Source: an uncultured candidate division Zixibacteria bacterium
Lineage (GTDB): Bacteria > Zixibacteria > MSB-5A5 > RBG-16-43-9
DNA: 64,000 nucleotides
Direction of reading: 5' to 3'
NCBI GenBank assembly: GCA_963713865.1
Contig: OY970208.1
Location: 1,440,001-1,504,000 of the forward strand
The first letter of the stretch is position 1. Each line of letters opens with the position of its first letter. The notes beneath the pieces were generated by a model. The model had not been told where the DNA came from and ran no database searches. It saw only the letters and a program-made list of their open reading frames with translations. Positions 9,548-19,139 of the stretch are shown here, piece by piece. The position numbers and the translations under genes were made by a program.

Positions 9548-10093
9548 ATGAAAAGTGAATATCTTAAAAAATACAAGCATGCACCTGCTCACCTCTTTTT
9601 GGATACCTATCCCTATTTCATCACTTCAGGAATATATTTAAAGAAATATTATTTCGAAAACGATCAAGAGAAAAAAATATTGTTTGAGATAATAACGGAG
9701 ATATTACAGAAAAATGCAGTGGAACTTTTAGCTTGGGTGATATTATCAAATCATTATCATCTTCTTATAAATTTAAAAGAACCTGTTTACTTGCCAGAAA
9801 TCATAAGGAAAATACATAGTAAGAGCTCAGTAATAATAAATAGAGAAGAGAAAATAACAGATAGAAGGATCTGGCATAACTACTGGGATAGATGTATCAG
9901 AGATGAAAAAGATTATTACTCCAAATTAAATTATATCCATTATAATCCGGTTTAACATAATTATGCGAAAGACCCTTCACAATATGACTTTTCAAGTTAT
10001 AAAGTTTACTTGGAGGAATTAGGAAGCAAGCGATTGACAAAACTTGTAACTGATTATCCTGTAGAAGAACTTGGTTTTAAAGATGATTATTAG
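9548..10093 (+). pseudogene. REP-associated tyrosine transposase (RAYT, Y1/HUH) with in-frame stop at 9953-9955
   Basis: YFIT, AWVILSNHYHLL (HUH), YWDRCIRDE, YIHYNPV-TAA-HNYAKDPSQYDFSSY. The frame continues to TAG 10091-10093 (181 codons); TAA replaces the usual Lys of NPVKH. Confidence 0.85.
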
Positions 10094-10096
10094 AAT

Positions 10097-10183
10097 TGGA
10101 GTGCATCAGCTTGCTGATGCTCAAATAGACAAAAACAAGCTTTTCACTCCAGTGCAAAAAGCAAGAGCAAGCTCTTGCACTCC
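10097..10183. repeat. GGAG-type REP cluster right of RAYT-1
   Basis: Exact 25-bp copy of 9457-9481 at 10097-10121; inverted copies ending CACTCCAG (10152) and GCAAGAGCAAGCTCTTGCACTCC (10161-10183). Confidence 0.85.
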
Positions 10184-10192
10184 TGAGAAATA

Positions 10193-12454
10193 ATGAACGA
10201 GATTATCGAAGCTTTAAAGAAATATAAATGGTACAGGGAACAGATCGTCCATCTTAAAGTAATACAAGCAAAAGCAGGGGAATTTGGTGAGGTTTCTCCT
10301 CCTCTATCTCCTTCTCTGCAGAACTATCTTACTTCCAAAGGGATTAAGAAATTATACTCTCATCAGTCTGAAAGTATAAAGAAAATCAGGGAAGGAATAA
10401 ATTTAATCATTACCACTGGAACTGCCTCAGGCAAAACCCTCTGTTTTAATCTTCCGATCTTGGAAAGATTAGAAAAAGATAAAGGAGCTACCGCTCTATA
10501 TCTTTATCCACTTAAAGCCCTGACTAATGACCAGTTGAAAGTGTTAAAAGAAATGGAGCGTTTTCTTGAGATCAAATTCGAATTCGAATCTGGATCCATT
10601 GGACCTGCTATCTATGACGGAGATACCCCTAAGGAGGGAAGAGCTTCTATCCGAGAAAAATCCAGGATTATCCTTTCAAATCCATATGAGCTTCATCAGG
10701 TCCTGCCCTATCATTACAAATGGGAGAACTTCTTGAAGAATCTGAAATTCGTGGTCATAGATGAGGCACACCGGTATAAAGGGATATTGGGCTCAAATTT
10801 TGCCCTTTTAATCCGCAGGTTCCTTTCAGTGTGCGAAGTTTATGGCTCATCTCCTCAATTTATTCTTTCGTCTGCTTCAATCGCTAATCCGATAGAGTTC
10901 GCAGAAAAGTTAACCTCCAAAAGTTTTGAGTTGATAGACGAAGATGGCTCACCCCGGGGAAGAAAATTTTACTTATTCTGGAACCCATCTAAATATAAAG
11001 AAAGGTCGGTTCATGTTCAGACCAAAGACCTTTTAGTTCACTCGGTGAAAAATAATCTTCAGACTTTGTGTTTTGTGGTTTCCCGAAGGCTTTCTGAGCT
11101 TATCTCTTTCTGGATAAAGAATGAAGAACCAAAACTGAGAATTTCCTCTTATCGTGCCGGATATCTCCCTTTAGAAAGAAGAGAGATCGAAAGGAAATTA
11201 AGACTGAAAGAATTGGAAGGGGTGGTCTCGACCACAGCTTTGGAATTAGGAATAGATATAGGCGGGCTGGATTGTGTTATCATCTCAGGGTATCCGGGAA
11301 CAATTGCTTCTTTTTTTCAACAGGCAGGTAGAGCCGGTAGGAAAACGCAGGATTCCTTAGTTATTTTCGTAGGGTTTGAAGATGCACTGGATCAGTATCT
11401 TTTGAAACATCCTGAAGTTTTATTGTCTGGAAATTTTGAAAATGCCGTAATCGACCTGTCCAACCCCTATATTTTGAGCGGGCATCTTTTGTGCGCTGCA
11501 TCAGAGCTACCCATAAAAAAAGATAATTATCAATCCTTAGGACCGATAACCAGAGAGATATTAGAATCTCTTCAAAAAGAAAATTTAGTCCGAGAGACTC
11601 CTGAAGGTTTTATCTATTGCGGAAAAGAAAGACCACAGCAGGTTGTCTCATTAGACAGTATCTCCAGCCAGCAGGTGAAGGTGGTCTGTGAAGACCAGAT
11701 TCTGGAGACCCTGGATTTACAAAGGGCTTATGCGGCAGCTCATACTGGTGCAGTTTTGATTCATCAAGGAGAAAGCTATATCGTGGAGGAATTGGATTTA
11801 AAGAATCTGAAAGCTAAAGTAAAGAAGGAAGAGGTGGACTATTTTACGGAGAGCATAGATATAGATGAGGTGAAGATAATCGAGGAGGAGGAAAGGAAAG
11901 TTTTCCGGGATTTCAGTTTATTTTTGGGTAAGGTAGAGGTTCAGGATAAATATATTGGATATAAGATCAAAAAATACGAGCAGGTGGTCAATTTTGTTCA
12001 ATTAGACTTACCTCTGATTATTTTCCAGACTATGGGGCTATGGTTTGATTTGCCAATTCATCTAAGAAACGAGTGTGAGTTCAGGGGTCTGGATTTTGCC
12101 GGAGGTATGCATGCGGTTGAGCATGCGATGATTTCTATCTCTCCTCTTTTGGCGATGTGCGACCGCAGGGATTTAGGTGGAGTTTCTTATCCATTTTATC
12201 CTGAAACGGGCAAGGCATTGATCTTCATCTACGATGCGTATGAGGGCGGGATAGGCATCTCAGAGAAATTGTTTGAAACCTTCAAAGCTTTAGTGCAGAT
12301 GACCCATAATCTGATCAAAGATTGCGAATGCGAGGAAGGCTGCCCGACCTGTATTTTATCTTCTAAATGCGGTAATAATAACCGCCCGATGGATAAAGAA
12401 GCAGCCCTTTATATTCTGGAGAATATGCTTAAGAACATATCGAATGTCGAATAG
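10193..12454 (+). CDS. DEAD/DEAH-box helicase with C-terminal DUF1998 Zn-binding domain (MrfA/YprA/Hrq1 family)
   Basis: TGTASGKT, DEAH, ELGIDIG, QQAGRAGR; C-terminal YDAYEGGIG and CECEEGCPTC...C. Confidence 0.92.
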   Translation: MNEIIEALKKYKWYREQIVHLKVIQAKAGEFGEVSPPLSPSLQNYLTSKGIKKLYSHQSESIKKIREGINLIITTGTASGKTLCFNLPILERLEKDKGATALYLYPLKALTNDQLKVLKEMERFLEIKFEFESGSIGPAIYDGDTPKEGRASIREKSRIILSNPYELHQVLPYHYKWENFLKNLKFVVIDEAHRYKGILGSNFALLIRRFLSVCEVYGSSPQFILSSASIANPIEFAEKLTSKSFELIDEDGSPRGRKFYLFWNPSKYKERSVHVQTKDLLVHSVKNNLQTLCFVVSRRLSELISFWIKNEEPKLRISSYRAGYLPLERREIERKLRLKELEGVVSTTALELGIDIGGLDCVIISGYPGTIASFFQQAGRAGRKTQDSLVIFVGFEDALDQYLLKHPEVLLSGNFENAVIDLSNPYILSGHLLCAASELPIKKDNYQSLGPITREILESLQKENLVRETPEGFIYCGKERPQQVVSLDSISSQQVKVVCEDQILETLDLQRAYAAAHTGAVLIHQGESYIVEELDLKNLKAKVKKEEVDYFTESIDIDEVKIIEEEERKVFRDFSLFLGKVEVQDKYIGYKIKKYEQVVNFVQLDLPLIIFQTMGLWFDLPIHLRNECEFRGLDFAGGMHAVEHAMISISPLLAMCDRRDLGGVSYPFYPETGKALIFIYDAYEGGIGISEKLFETFKALVQMTHNLIKDCECEEGCPTCILSSKCGNNNRPMDKEAALYILENMLKNISNVE

Positions 12455-12515
12455 CGAATGACGTATAAAGAAGAAGGAAGATGAAAAAAATCGTTCATCG
12501 TCCAGGCTGAAGTTT

Positions 12516-14129
12516 ATGAATGAAATAAAAAATTACTATCCGGTTCTTGTCCTTCTACTTTTGTGCGCATTATTATACGTTGTGGGAATTAACTCCATCT
12601 CAATAACAGATCCAGATGAAGCTTTTTATGCTGAGACTGCCGGGGAAATGCTTGCTCATCACAGTTTTCTTGCTCCACTTATCTTTGAAAAGCCTCAGTT
12701 TGAAAAACCTCCTTTGTTTTACTGGATGCTCATACTCTCATTTAAGCTCTTTGGGATAAGCACATTCTCAGTCAGGTTAGTCCCAGCATTTTTCGGGATA
12801 ATCGGGGTTTTGGGCACATATCTTTTCATGAAAAAAATATTCGACGAGAAGATCTCATTTTATTCCTCTTTAATTCTGGCGACGAACTTTTTAGTTTTTG
12901 TCTCCTCCCGTATGGCGCTAACCGATATAGTCTTTTCTGTATTTGTAGCATTCAGTCTTTACAGTTTTTACATCTGGCATAAGTTAAAAAGAAGTAATTA
13001 CCTGATTGCGTTTGCAATATTTTCCGCTTTAGCGGTTTTAACCAAAGGCCCTTTAGGAATTGTGATTCCCGTGCTTGCGGCTATTTTGTTTTTAATCTTA
13101 ACAAAAGATTCCGCTGGTTTAACGAATTTTATGTTTAATAAATGGTGGCTGGTGTTTTTAGGGATAAGCCTTCCCTGGTATATCTATGCCTCTTTGAAAT
13201 TTGGCAAAGAATTTTTATGGGAATTTTTTGTACACGACCACTGGCATAGGATTCTTTATGCCGAGCATAAGAATTTTGATAAATGGTACTTTTACCCCTC
13301 GGTAATTTTAACAGGGATGTTTCCCTGGACTTTTTATTTTTTACGGTCAGGGGTAAATTTCAAGAAATACAAAAGCGTTTACCTGTTTCTTTTTTCCTGG
13401 ATACTGGTGGTATTTTCTGTTTTCAGCCTGGCTCACTCTAAACTGGCAAGTTATATAGTTCCTTTAGCTCCTGCTCTGGCAGTGATTTTAGGTATCTCTT
13501 TAGCTTCTTTAGAAGGAAAATCCAGGAGGACGGTTCTCATAGGGGTTTTGGATATAATTTTGGGGATCGGCTTATTTTTTTCTCTCGGTTTTCTTAAAAG
13601 AGATTACCCCGGTTTATATTTACAGGGATTCATAATTTCTGGCGTATTTTCCTGCTTTCTCATAATAGCAGGCATATTTCTGATTTTTAATAAATTTAAA
13701 CCGGCGATAATTTTGAATGTATCAGGATTTGTATTATTTGTTTTAATCGCAGACTTCATTATGCCTAATAAATTAGAAATTGCCTTTACAAACAGAGATC
13801 TGGTAAAAATAGTTTCCGAATATAATTATTTTAATCAACCTATAGTGTGTGACAAAATGTATGTAAGGGGAGCATATTTTTATACTCATAATCCGGTCCT
13901 GGTATTGGATACAGATAAAAATCCTTTCTGGAGCAGACATCCCCTGGAAGTATTATCCAGGGATGAAGAGGTTTTAAATTATTTTGAAGACAAAGAAAAA
14001 GTTTTATGCGTGATAAAAAGTGGTGATTTAGAACGTCTTAACCGGGTATTCTCTGATAAAAGAGTAAATAAAATTATCTCCAACAGTTTAGACAGATTGG
14101 TAGTGTTGTGTCAGAAATCCCATCCCTGA
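12516..14129 (+). CDS. ArnT-like glycosyltransferase (GT39/PMT family)
   Basis: DPDEAFYAETAGEM, FEKPPLFYW, LTKGPLG, SKLASYIVP; polytopic membrane protein. Confidence 0.88.
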   Translation: MNEIKNYYPVLVLLLLCALLYVVGINSISITDPDEAFYAETAGEMLAHHSFLAPLIFEKPQFEKPPLFYWMLILSFKLFGISTFSVRLVPAFFGIIGVLGTYLFMKKIFDEKISFYSSLILATNFLVFVSSRMALTDIVFSVFVAFSLYSFYIWHKLKRSNYLIAFAIFSALAVLTKGPLGIVIPVLAAILFLILTKDSAGLTNFMFNKWWLVFLGISLPWYIYASLKFGKEFLWEFFVHDHWHRILYAEHKNFDKWYFYPSVILTGMFPWTFYFLRSGVNFKKYKSVYLFLFSWILVVFSVFSLAHSKLASYIVPLAPALAVILGISLASLEGKSRRTVLIGVLDIILGIGLFFSLGFLKRDYPGLYLQGFIISGVFSCFLIIAGIFLIFNKFKPAIILNVSGFVLFVLIADFIMPNKLEIAFTNRDLVKIVSEYNYFNQPIVCDKMYVRGAYFYTHNPVLVLDTDKNPFWSRHPLEVLSRDEEVLNYFEDKEKVLCVIKSGDLERLNRVFSDKRVNKIISNSLDRLVVLCQKSHP

Positions 14130-14317
14130 TTCTATGGTTTTTTGATATATTAATCGAATAGTTAAAATCAGTTTGGGGAGTTTCTCTCAATATTCCAACA
14201 AAAGACACGGGAGTATAAACCTTTCCTACGGATCCGCTTAGAGGACAGGCTTGCCAAAGTTAAAAATAAAGCTAAAGCTTTATAATAAATTATTTTCAAA
14301 ATAAAATTAAAAAACAC

Positions 14318-14346
14318 TTGACAATCTCCTGATTACTTGTTATAAA
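14318..14346 (+). promoter_or_regulatory. sigma70 promoter upstream of cobalamin riboswitch
   Basis: TTGACA 14318-14323, 17-nt spacer, TGn-TATAAA at 14341-14346. Confidence 0.7.
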
Positions 14347-14351
14347 AGAAA

Positions 14352-14497
14352 TGAATCTGTAAGGGAAGGCGGTGAAAATCCGTCACAGCCCCGCTACTGT
14401 TAACGGCTACGAAAGCTTTTTTGAGCCACTCCCGTAGGGGAGGAAGGTAAAGCAAGTAGGTCCGAAGCCGTAAAGTCAGGAAACCTGATAGGTTCAA
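14352..14497 (+). ncRNA. Cobalamin riboswitch
   Basis: AAGGGAA, GGTGAAAATCC, CAGCCCCGCTACTGT, GCCACT...GGAAGG, AGTCAGGAAACCTG (B12 box); P1 TGAATCT/AGGTTCA; upstream of a BtuB-like receptor. Confidence 0.92.
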
Positions 14498-14588
14498 ATC
14501 CCTGAGGTAGGGATAAATTATGAATCATCCCTACTTGATGAAATCAGGTTAACTCTTCGCGGGAGGAGTTTTATGGGAAGGTAATTTG

Positions 14589-14619
14589 ACCCAGCTTCAC
14601 TGTGAAGACTGGGTTTTTT
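14589..14619 (+). terminator. Intrinsic terminator of riboswitch expression platform
   Basis: ACCCAG-CTTCAC-T-GTGAAG-A-CTGGGT followed by a T run, upstream of ATG 14686. Confidence 0.8.
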
Positions 14620-14685
14620 GTTTTCGAGATTCGATCTTTGAATATTTGAGGATTTAAACTTTTAAATTATAGAAAGGAGGATGAG

Positions 14686-16701
14686 ATGAAAAGATTATTG
14701 ATCCTCGGTCTAAGTTTGCTTTTTTCGATTAGCGGCAGGGCGGAAGAATCATCTGAACTTGCCAGAGGTGGAAAAGTATATCCGCTTGAGCCTGTTATCG
14801 TTACTGCTACCCGGTATCCGGAATATCTCAAAAATATCCCGATCCATTCCACTTCTTTAAGCTTTTCCAGGTTGAAAAACTTCAATTTCCTGTCTTTAGG
14901 TGAGGTCTTAAAGAATTTCTCTGCTGGAGAGGTCAACTCCTCCGGTTCCTTGGGGCAGGTGCAGACTTTGAGCCTGAGAGGTTCTTCCTCATCTCAAGTA
15001 CTGTTTTTGTTAGAGGGGAGAAGAATAAACTATATTACGAACGGGATTTTCAACTCAAGCGATCTCTCTTTAGAGAATCTGGATAAAGTTGAAATAGTTC
15101 GCGGGCCGCTTTCCTCTTTATATGGTGCTAATGCCTTAGGAGGGGTGGTTAATTTAATCCCGGCTCTACCTTTGAAAAAAAATTTATCCATCTCGGTTCA
15201 AGGCGGGGTAGAAAACACCTTAATTTCTTCTATCAATTTCAGCTCGGGGATAAAAAGTCTCAGATTCGATTCAGGTTTAGAAAACAAGAAAACCAAGGGG
15301 GAAAGAGAAAATTCAGATTATTCTGCTCTGTTCTTTCATTCTAACCTTTTTTACCATTTATCCTCCAATGCTTATTTTAAGCTCTATCTCCTGACTCAGA
15401 GAGATGATTTAGGTCTTCCCGGACCGGTTCCTGACCCGATGAATATACCGGCTTTCGGCAATTCGGAGGTCTCATCGCTTTTTGATCATCAGAAGGACAA
15501 GAATTTCTCCCTGGATTTTACTTTCAATTTCTGTTCAGAAGAAAAATCCCAGGAGGTTTTAACCCGTCTTTTCTTTGACAGGAAGAAGATGAACTACTCC
15601 ACCCGCTATGATTTTTTAGGCGAAGTAGATGAAAATTATTCTTATCTTACTAAAAACTTAGGTGGGTTTATCCAGTACTCCTTTTTACTTAAAAATGTAA
15701 ACCGAATCCTTTTTGGCATAGATTTCTCCTCTGATCTACTTGAGGCCCGGAAGTCCTCCGCTTATGTTGCCTCCCAGACAAATTCTACTCTATCCTGGAA
15801 TCCAAACTCGAATAATTTTGGCATGTGGGGAAATTCCTCGTGGAATATAAGCAGGTTCACCTTTCAAGCAGGCACAAGATATGATCTTCCCAGTGATTTT
15901 GAAAGGTCCTTCTCTCCCAGTTTAGGTTTAATCTATCATTTAGGAGATGATTTCTCCTTAAAACTTAATTATGGAAAAGCCTATCGAGCCCCTACTTTCA
16001 ATGACCTTTACTGGCCGGATGGGGGGAATAAGGATTTAAAACCGGAAAGGGGCAGAAATTATGAAACCGGCTTGTCGTTTAACAGTAAGAGGATCTCCGG
16101 TCAAATTTCCTTATATTACCGTAAGGTAAAGAATCTGATCTCCTGGCAGCCACTGGGCGAGAACGGTTTATGGCAGCCTTTTAACTTAGACCTTTTTAAT
16201 TCTAAAGGGATAGAATCAGAACTGGATTATAAACTCTCGGAGGGCTTCGATCTGAACTTGAATTATACCTATAATAAAGGAGAGGAAATAAAAAAAGAGC
16301 TGGTCTATGATGATTTCTTTTCCGGAGAGAAGAGGTTTGAGGAACTGAAAAGGAAGGCACGCTTTCTGCCTGAGAACATTTTGAATCTGAATCTAAATCT
16401 GAAAATATTCTCGTCTTTTTCCGCTCAGGTCTCTTTCAATTACCGCAGTGGTAAGCTGAACTATTACCCGGATTATTCTTTCTATCCGGAGATAAAATAT
16501 CTGACCAAGAAGCTTCCAGCTTATGCTAATTTCGATCTTAATTTTAATCAGGAAATCAGGAACTTCACCTTCTTCTTGAAAATAAATAACCTCTGGGGGG
16601 ATAAAACCCCAACCCAGTTCGGAAACTCCATCTCGGATTTAGATTACCCCAACCCGGGGAGGAAAATATTTGGCGGAATTAAATTTGAGATCCGAAATTA
16701 G
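14686..16701 (+). CDS. btuB: TonB-dependent vitamin B12 receptor (BtuB-like)
   Basis: Signal peptide, VIVTATR TonB box, plug motif VEIVRGPLSSLYGANALGGVVN, YRAPTFNDLYW; downstream of a B12 riboswitch. Confidence 0.85.
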   Translation: MKRLLILGLSLLFSISGRAEESSELARGGKVYPLEPVIVTATRYPEYLKNIPIHSTSLSFSRLKNFNFLSLGEVLKNFSAGEVNSSGSLGQVQTLSLRGSSSSQVLFLLEGRRINYITNGIFNSSDLSLENLDKVEIVRGPLSSLYGANALGGVVNLIPALPLKKNLSISVQGGVENTLISSINFSSGIKSLRFDSGLENKKTKGERENSDYSALFFHSNLFYHLSSNAYFKLYLLTQRDDLGLPGPVPDPMNIPAFGNSEVSSLFDHQKDKNFSLDFTFNFCSEEKSQEVLTRLFFDRKKMNYSTRYDFLGEVDENYSYLTKNLGGFIQYSFLLKNVNRILFGIDFSSDLLEARKSSAYVASQTNSTLSWNPNSNNFGMWGNSSWNISRFTFQAGTRYDLPSDFERSFSPSLGLIYHLGDDFSLKLNYGKAYRAPTFNDLYWPDGGNKDLKPERGRNYETGLSFNSKRISGQISLYYRKVKNLISWQPLGENGLWQPFNLDLFNSKGIESELDYKLSEGFDLNLNYTYNKGEEIKKELVYDDFFSGEKRFEELKRKARFLPENILNLNLNLKIFSSFSAQVSFNYRSGKLNYYPDYSFYPEIKYLTKKLPAYANFDLNFNQEIRNFTFFLKINNLWGDKTPTQFGNSISDLDYPNPGRKIFGGIKFEIRN

Positions 16702-16955
16702 AACAGGCGATTCATGAATTACCCTTCAGGTCTCTTGTTTAAAGAGGTAAGAGAGGGAGATTTCTGAAGATTAAAATTTTAGTTTAATTATAAAAGCGTC
16801 TAAAATAAATCCTGATGCTACTAATTCTGGGCAGGGATCAGAAATTTTACCCCTATTTCGCTTGCTCTCGAGAAAATATTTTTTTGAGTCTCTTAATCCT
16901 TATGATAAATTAATTCTCCGAATTGCCGATTAAATAATTTAGAAGAAGGGGAAAT

Positions 16956-18929
16956 ATGGATTCGTTTCAAGATAAAATAAAGGATTTAGAGAAGAAAGAC
17001 CGGTATCTGTGGATTTTAATGTCTCTGGTTTTCCTTCTTTTTGTTGCTTTCATCACCTCTTTAGTTTTCTACTCTGATATCAGAAGATTTTATGAAGAAG
17101 AGTTGGGGGGTTATTCCTTCAATCTCCTTTTTATAGGTTTCTTAGGACTTTCCCTTTTATTCTTAGCCTATATTATCACCCAGGAGATCTCTTTAAAGAA
17201 ATTCCGGGTTAAACTGATCGAGGAAAGAGCCTCCACCAGTGCTTTAGAAAGACGTTTCCAAGAGATAAAAGATTTATTTGAGATCAGCAGTTTGGTTAAT
17301 AGCAAAACAGACCTGCCTTCTATTTTAGATACCATGACCAAGGATATAATCTTCTGCCTGCAGGCAGATCAATCCTCATTGATGTTTTACAATCCGAATA
17401 TTGACAAGTTAGAATGTATTGCCGCCTATGGATTGGACAGTGAAAAGATTAAAGGTAATGAGCTGGAGCTGGGCAAAAGCGTTTCCGGCTGGGTAATCAA
17501 AAATAATCAGCCGCTGCTTCTGCAGGATGAGGTCAACCCCTCTCAGTATGATGGTTACGTGGAAAACGATCGTAATATTACTTCTGCTCTGTGTGTCCCC
17601 TTGAGAGTAAACGGGCTGGTTAAAGGGGTGTTAAACGTAAACCTGATTAATGGTACCAGGAAATTCGATGAGGATGACCTCCAGCTTTTATCCATTTTTG
17701 CAGAAAGTGTCAGCATTGCTATTGAAAAAGCTTCCCTTCATCAAGAACTGAAAGAAAGGATGAATCAGCTTATCCAGGCTGAGAAATTCAAGGCAGTGGG
17801 GAAATTGACCAGCGCACTGATGCACGATTTTAATAACTTTTTGTCCATTATTATCGGGAGAGCTCAGCTCTTGTCGGTTCAGACTAACGATCCCAATCTG
17901 TCCAAACATGCTGAGGCAATCGTAAAGGTCTCAACCCAGGCAGCTGATATAATTCAACGCCTGAATCAATTTGGCGTGCCGATTCCGGAAAAGGAATTCG
18001 GAAATTTAGATTTAAATCAGATAATCAAGGAGGCGTTTGAACTTACCAGGCCTAAATGGAATGCATGGGCAAAATTGAAAGGGATAAAGATAAAAATTGA
18101 ACAGGAGCTTTCCCAGCTTCCTCCGGTATTTGGTAATCCGGCAGATTTGAGAGAAGTAGTAATAAATATGATCTTAAACTCCATCGATGCCCTTTCCAAA
18201 GGGGGAGTAATTTCCTTTCGTACCTGGCAGGAGGAGCAATATATTTATCTTTCGCTAAAAGACAACGGGATAGGGATGAATGACGAGGTTAAAAAGAAGC
18301 TTTTCGATCCTTTCTTCAGTTCCAAACCTGAAAAAGGAAACGGCCTGGGATTAGCAGTAGCACAGAGTATAATTCTTCAGCATAACGGTAAAATCACAGT
18401 TGAAAGCAAAGAAGATAAAGGGACTACCTTTATTATCAGAATGCCGGTATCCAAAGTAAAGGAAAAAGAGGAAGAGACTGCTAAAACAGAGCCGCCTCTG
18501 GAAAAGGTGAGCGTACTTCTTATTGAAGATAATGAAGACCTGCAAGGGGTTTTAGCGGAGATGCTTTCAGACGAAGGTTATGAGGTCAAAGCAGCTAACA
18601 GTGGAACCGAGGGGATCTCTTTACTAAAGATAGAAAAATATGATTTGATTATCTCCGACTTAGGCATATCCGGAATGACCGGCTGGGACTTTGCAGCTGA
18701 GGCTAAAGAGATAAATCCCAAAATACCGGTTATCCTGGTCAGCGAGTGGGGAGATCAGATTTTGACCAAAGAAGCTAAAGACCTGGGAGTAGAATTAATT
18801 TTGTCCAAGCCCATAAAAAGAGAAGATCTAAAGAGAGCTATCGATAAAGCCCTGAAGCTCAAACCCAAAAAAGCAGAAGCTCCAATCGAGCCTCCCTCCA
18901 AAGAAAAGAATTTTGTCCGCGCGTTATAA
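16956..18929 (+). CDS. Hybrid sensor histidine kinase (2 TM, GAF, HisKA, HATPase, receiver)
   Basis: SALCVPL GAF, HDFNN H-box, DNGIGM and GNGLGL ATPase boxes, LLIEDN...IISDLG...KP receiver. Confidence 0.92.
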   Translation: MDSFQDKIKDLEKKDRYLWILMSLVFLLFVAFITSLVFYSDIRRFYEEELGGYSFNLLFIGFLGLSLLFLAYIITQEISLKKFRVKLIEERASTSALERRFQEIKDLFEISSLVNSKTDLPSILDTMTKDIIFCLQADQSSLMFYNPNIDKLECIAAYGLDSEKIKGNELELGKSVSGWVIKNNQPLLLQDEVNPSQYDGYVENDRNITSALCVPLRVNGLVKGVLNVNLINGTRKFDEDDLQLLSIFAESVSIAIEKASLHQELKERMNQLIQAEKFKAVGKLTSALMHDFNNFLSIIIGRAQLLSVQTNDPNLSKHAEAIVKVSTQAADIIQRLNQFGVPIPEKEFGNLDLNQIIKEAFELTRPKWNAWAKLKGIKIKIEQELSQLPPVFGNPADLREVVINMILNSIDALSKGGVISFRTWQEEQYIYLSLKDNGIGMNDEVKKKLFDPFFSSKPEKGNGLGLAVAQSIILQHNGKITVESKEDKGTTFIIRMPVSKVKEKEEETAKTEPPLEKVSVLLIEDNEDLQGVLAEMLSDEGYEVKAANSGTEGISLLKIEKYDLIISDLGISGMTGWDFAAEAKEINPKIPVILVSEWGDQILTKEAKDLGVELILSKPIKREDLKRAIDKALKLKPKKAEAPIEPPSKEKNFVRAL

Positions 18930-19049
18930 TCCCGTACAAGCATTCATCTATAATCTATTAATTTTAAACCCTTAAATCTAAGTTTCGTTTTGAAGGATTG
19001 AACCCTCTTATTCGGTATTCGCTTCTATAATATTTTTGGATTGAAGGTT

Positions 19050-19125
19050 GCAGGGGGTTCATCCCGTTTTTGGAGGGATGAACCCTTACTTCTTAAAAAA
19101 AGGGCGTATTGCCTTACGGTCCTAT
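19050..19125. repeat. Two REPs between convergent genes, one with a loop insertion
   Basis: GCAGGGGGTTCA[TCCCGTTTTTGGAGGGA]TGAACCCTTAC at 19050-19089; AGGGCGTATTGCCTTACGGTCCTAT at 19101-19125. Confidence 0.7.
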
Positions 19126-19139
19126 ACGTCTACTGAAAT

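Noticed and set aside
9953-9955. Recoding or an alternative genetic code at the RAYT stop
   Set aside because: The codon is TAA, and TAA, TAG and TGA all terminate normal genes here.
14488-14505. GGTTCAAATCCC tRNA T-loop-like motif
   Set aside because: No cloverleaf or good T-stem; it overlaps the 3' strand of riboswitch P1.
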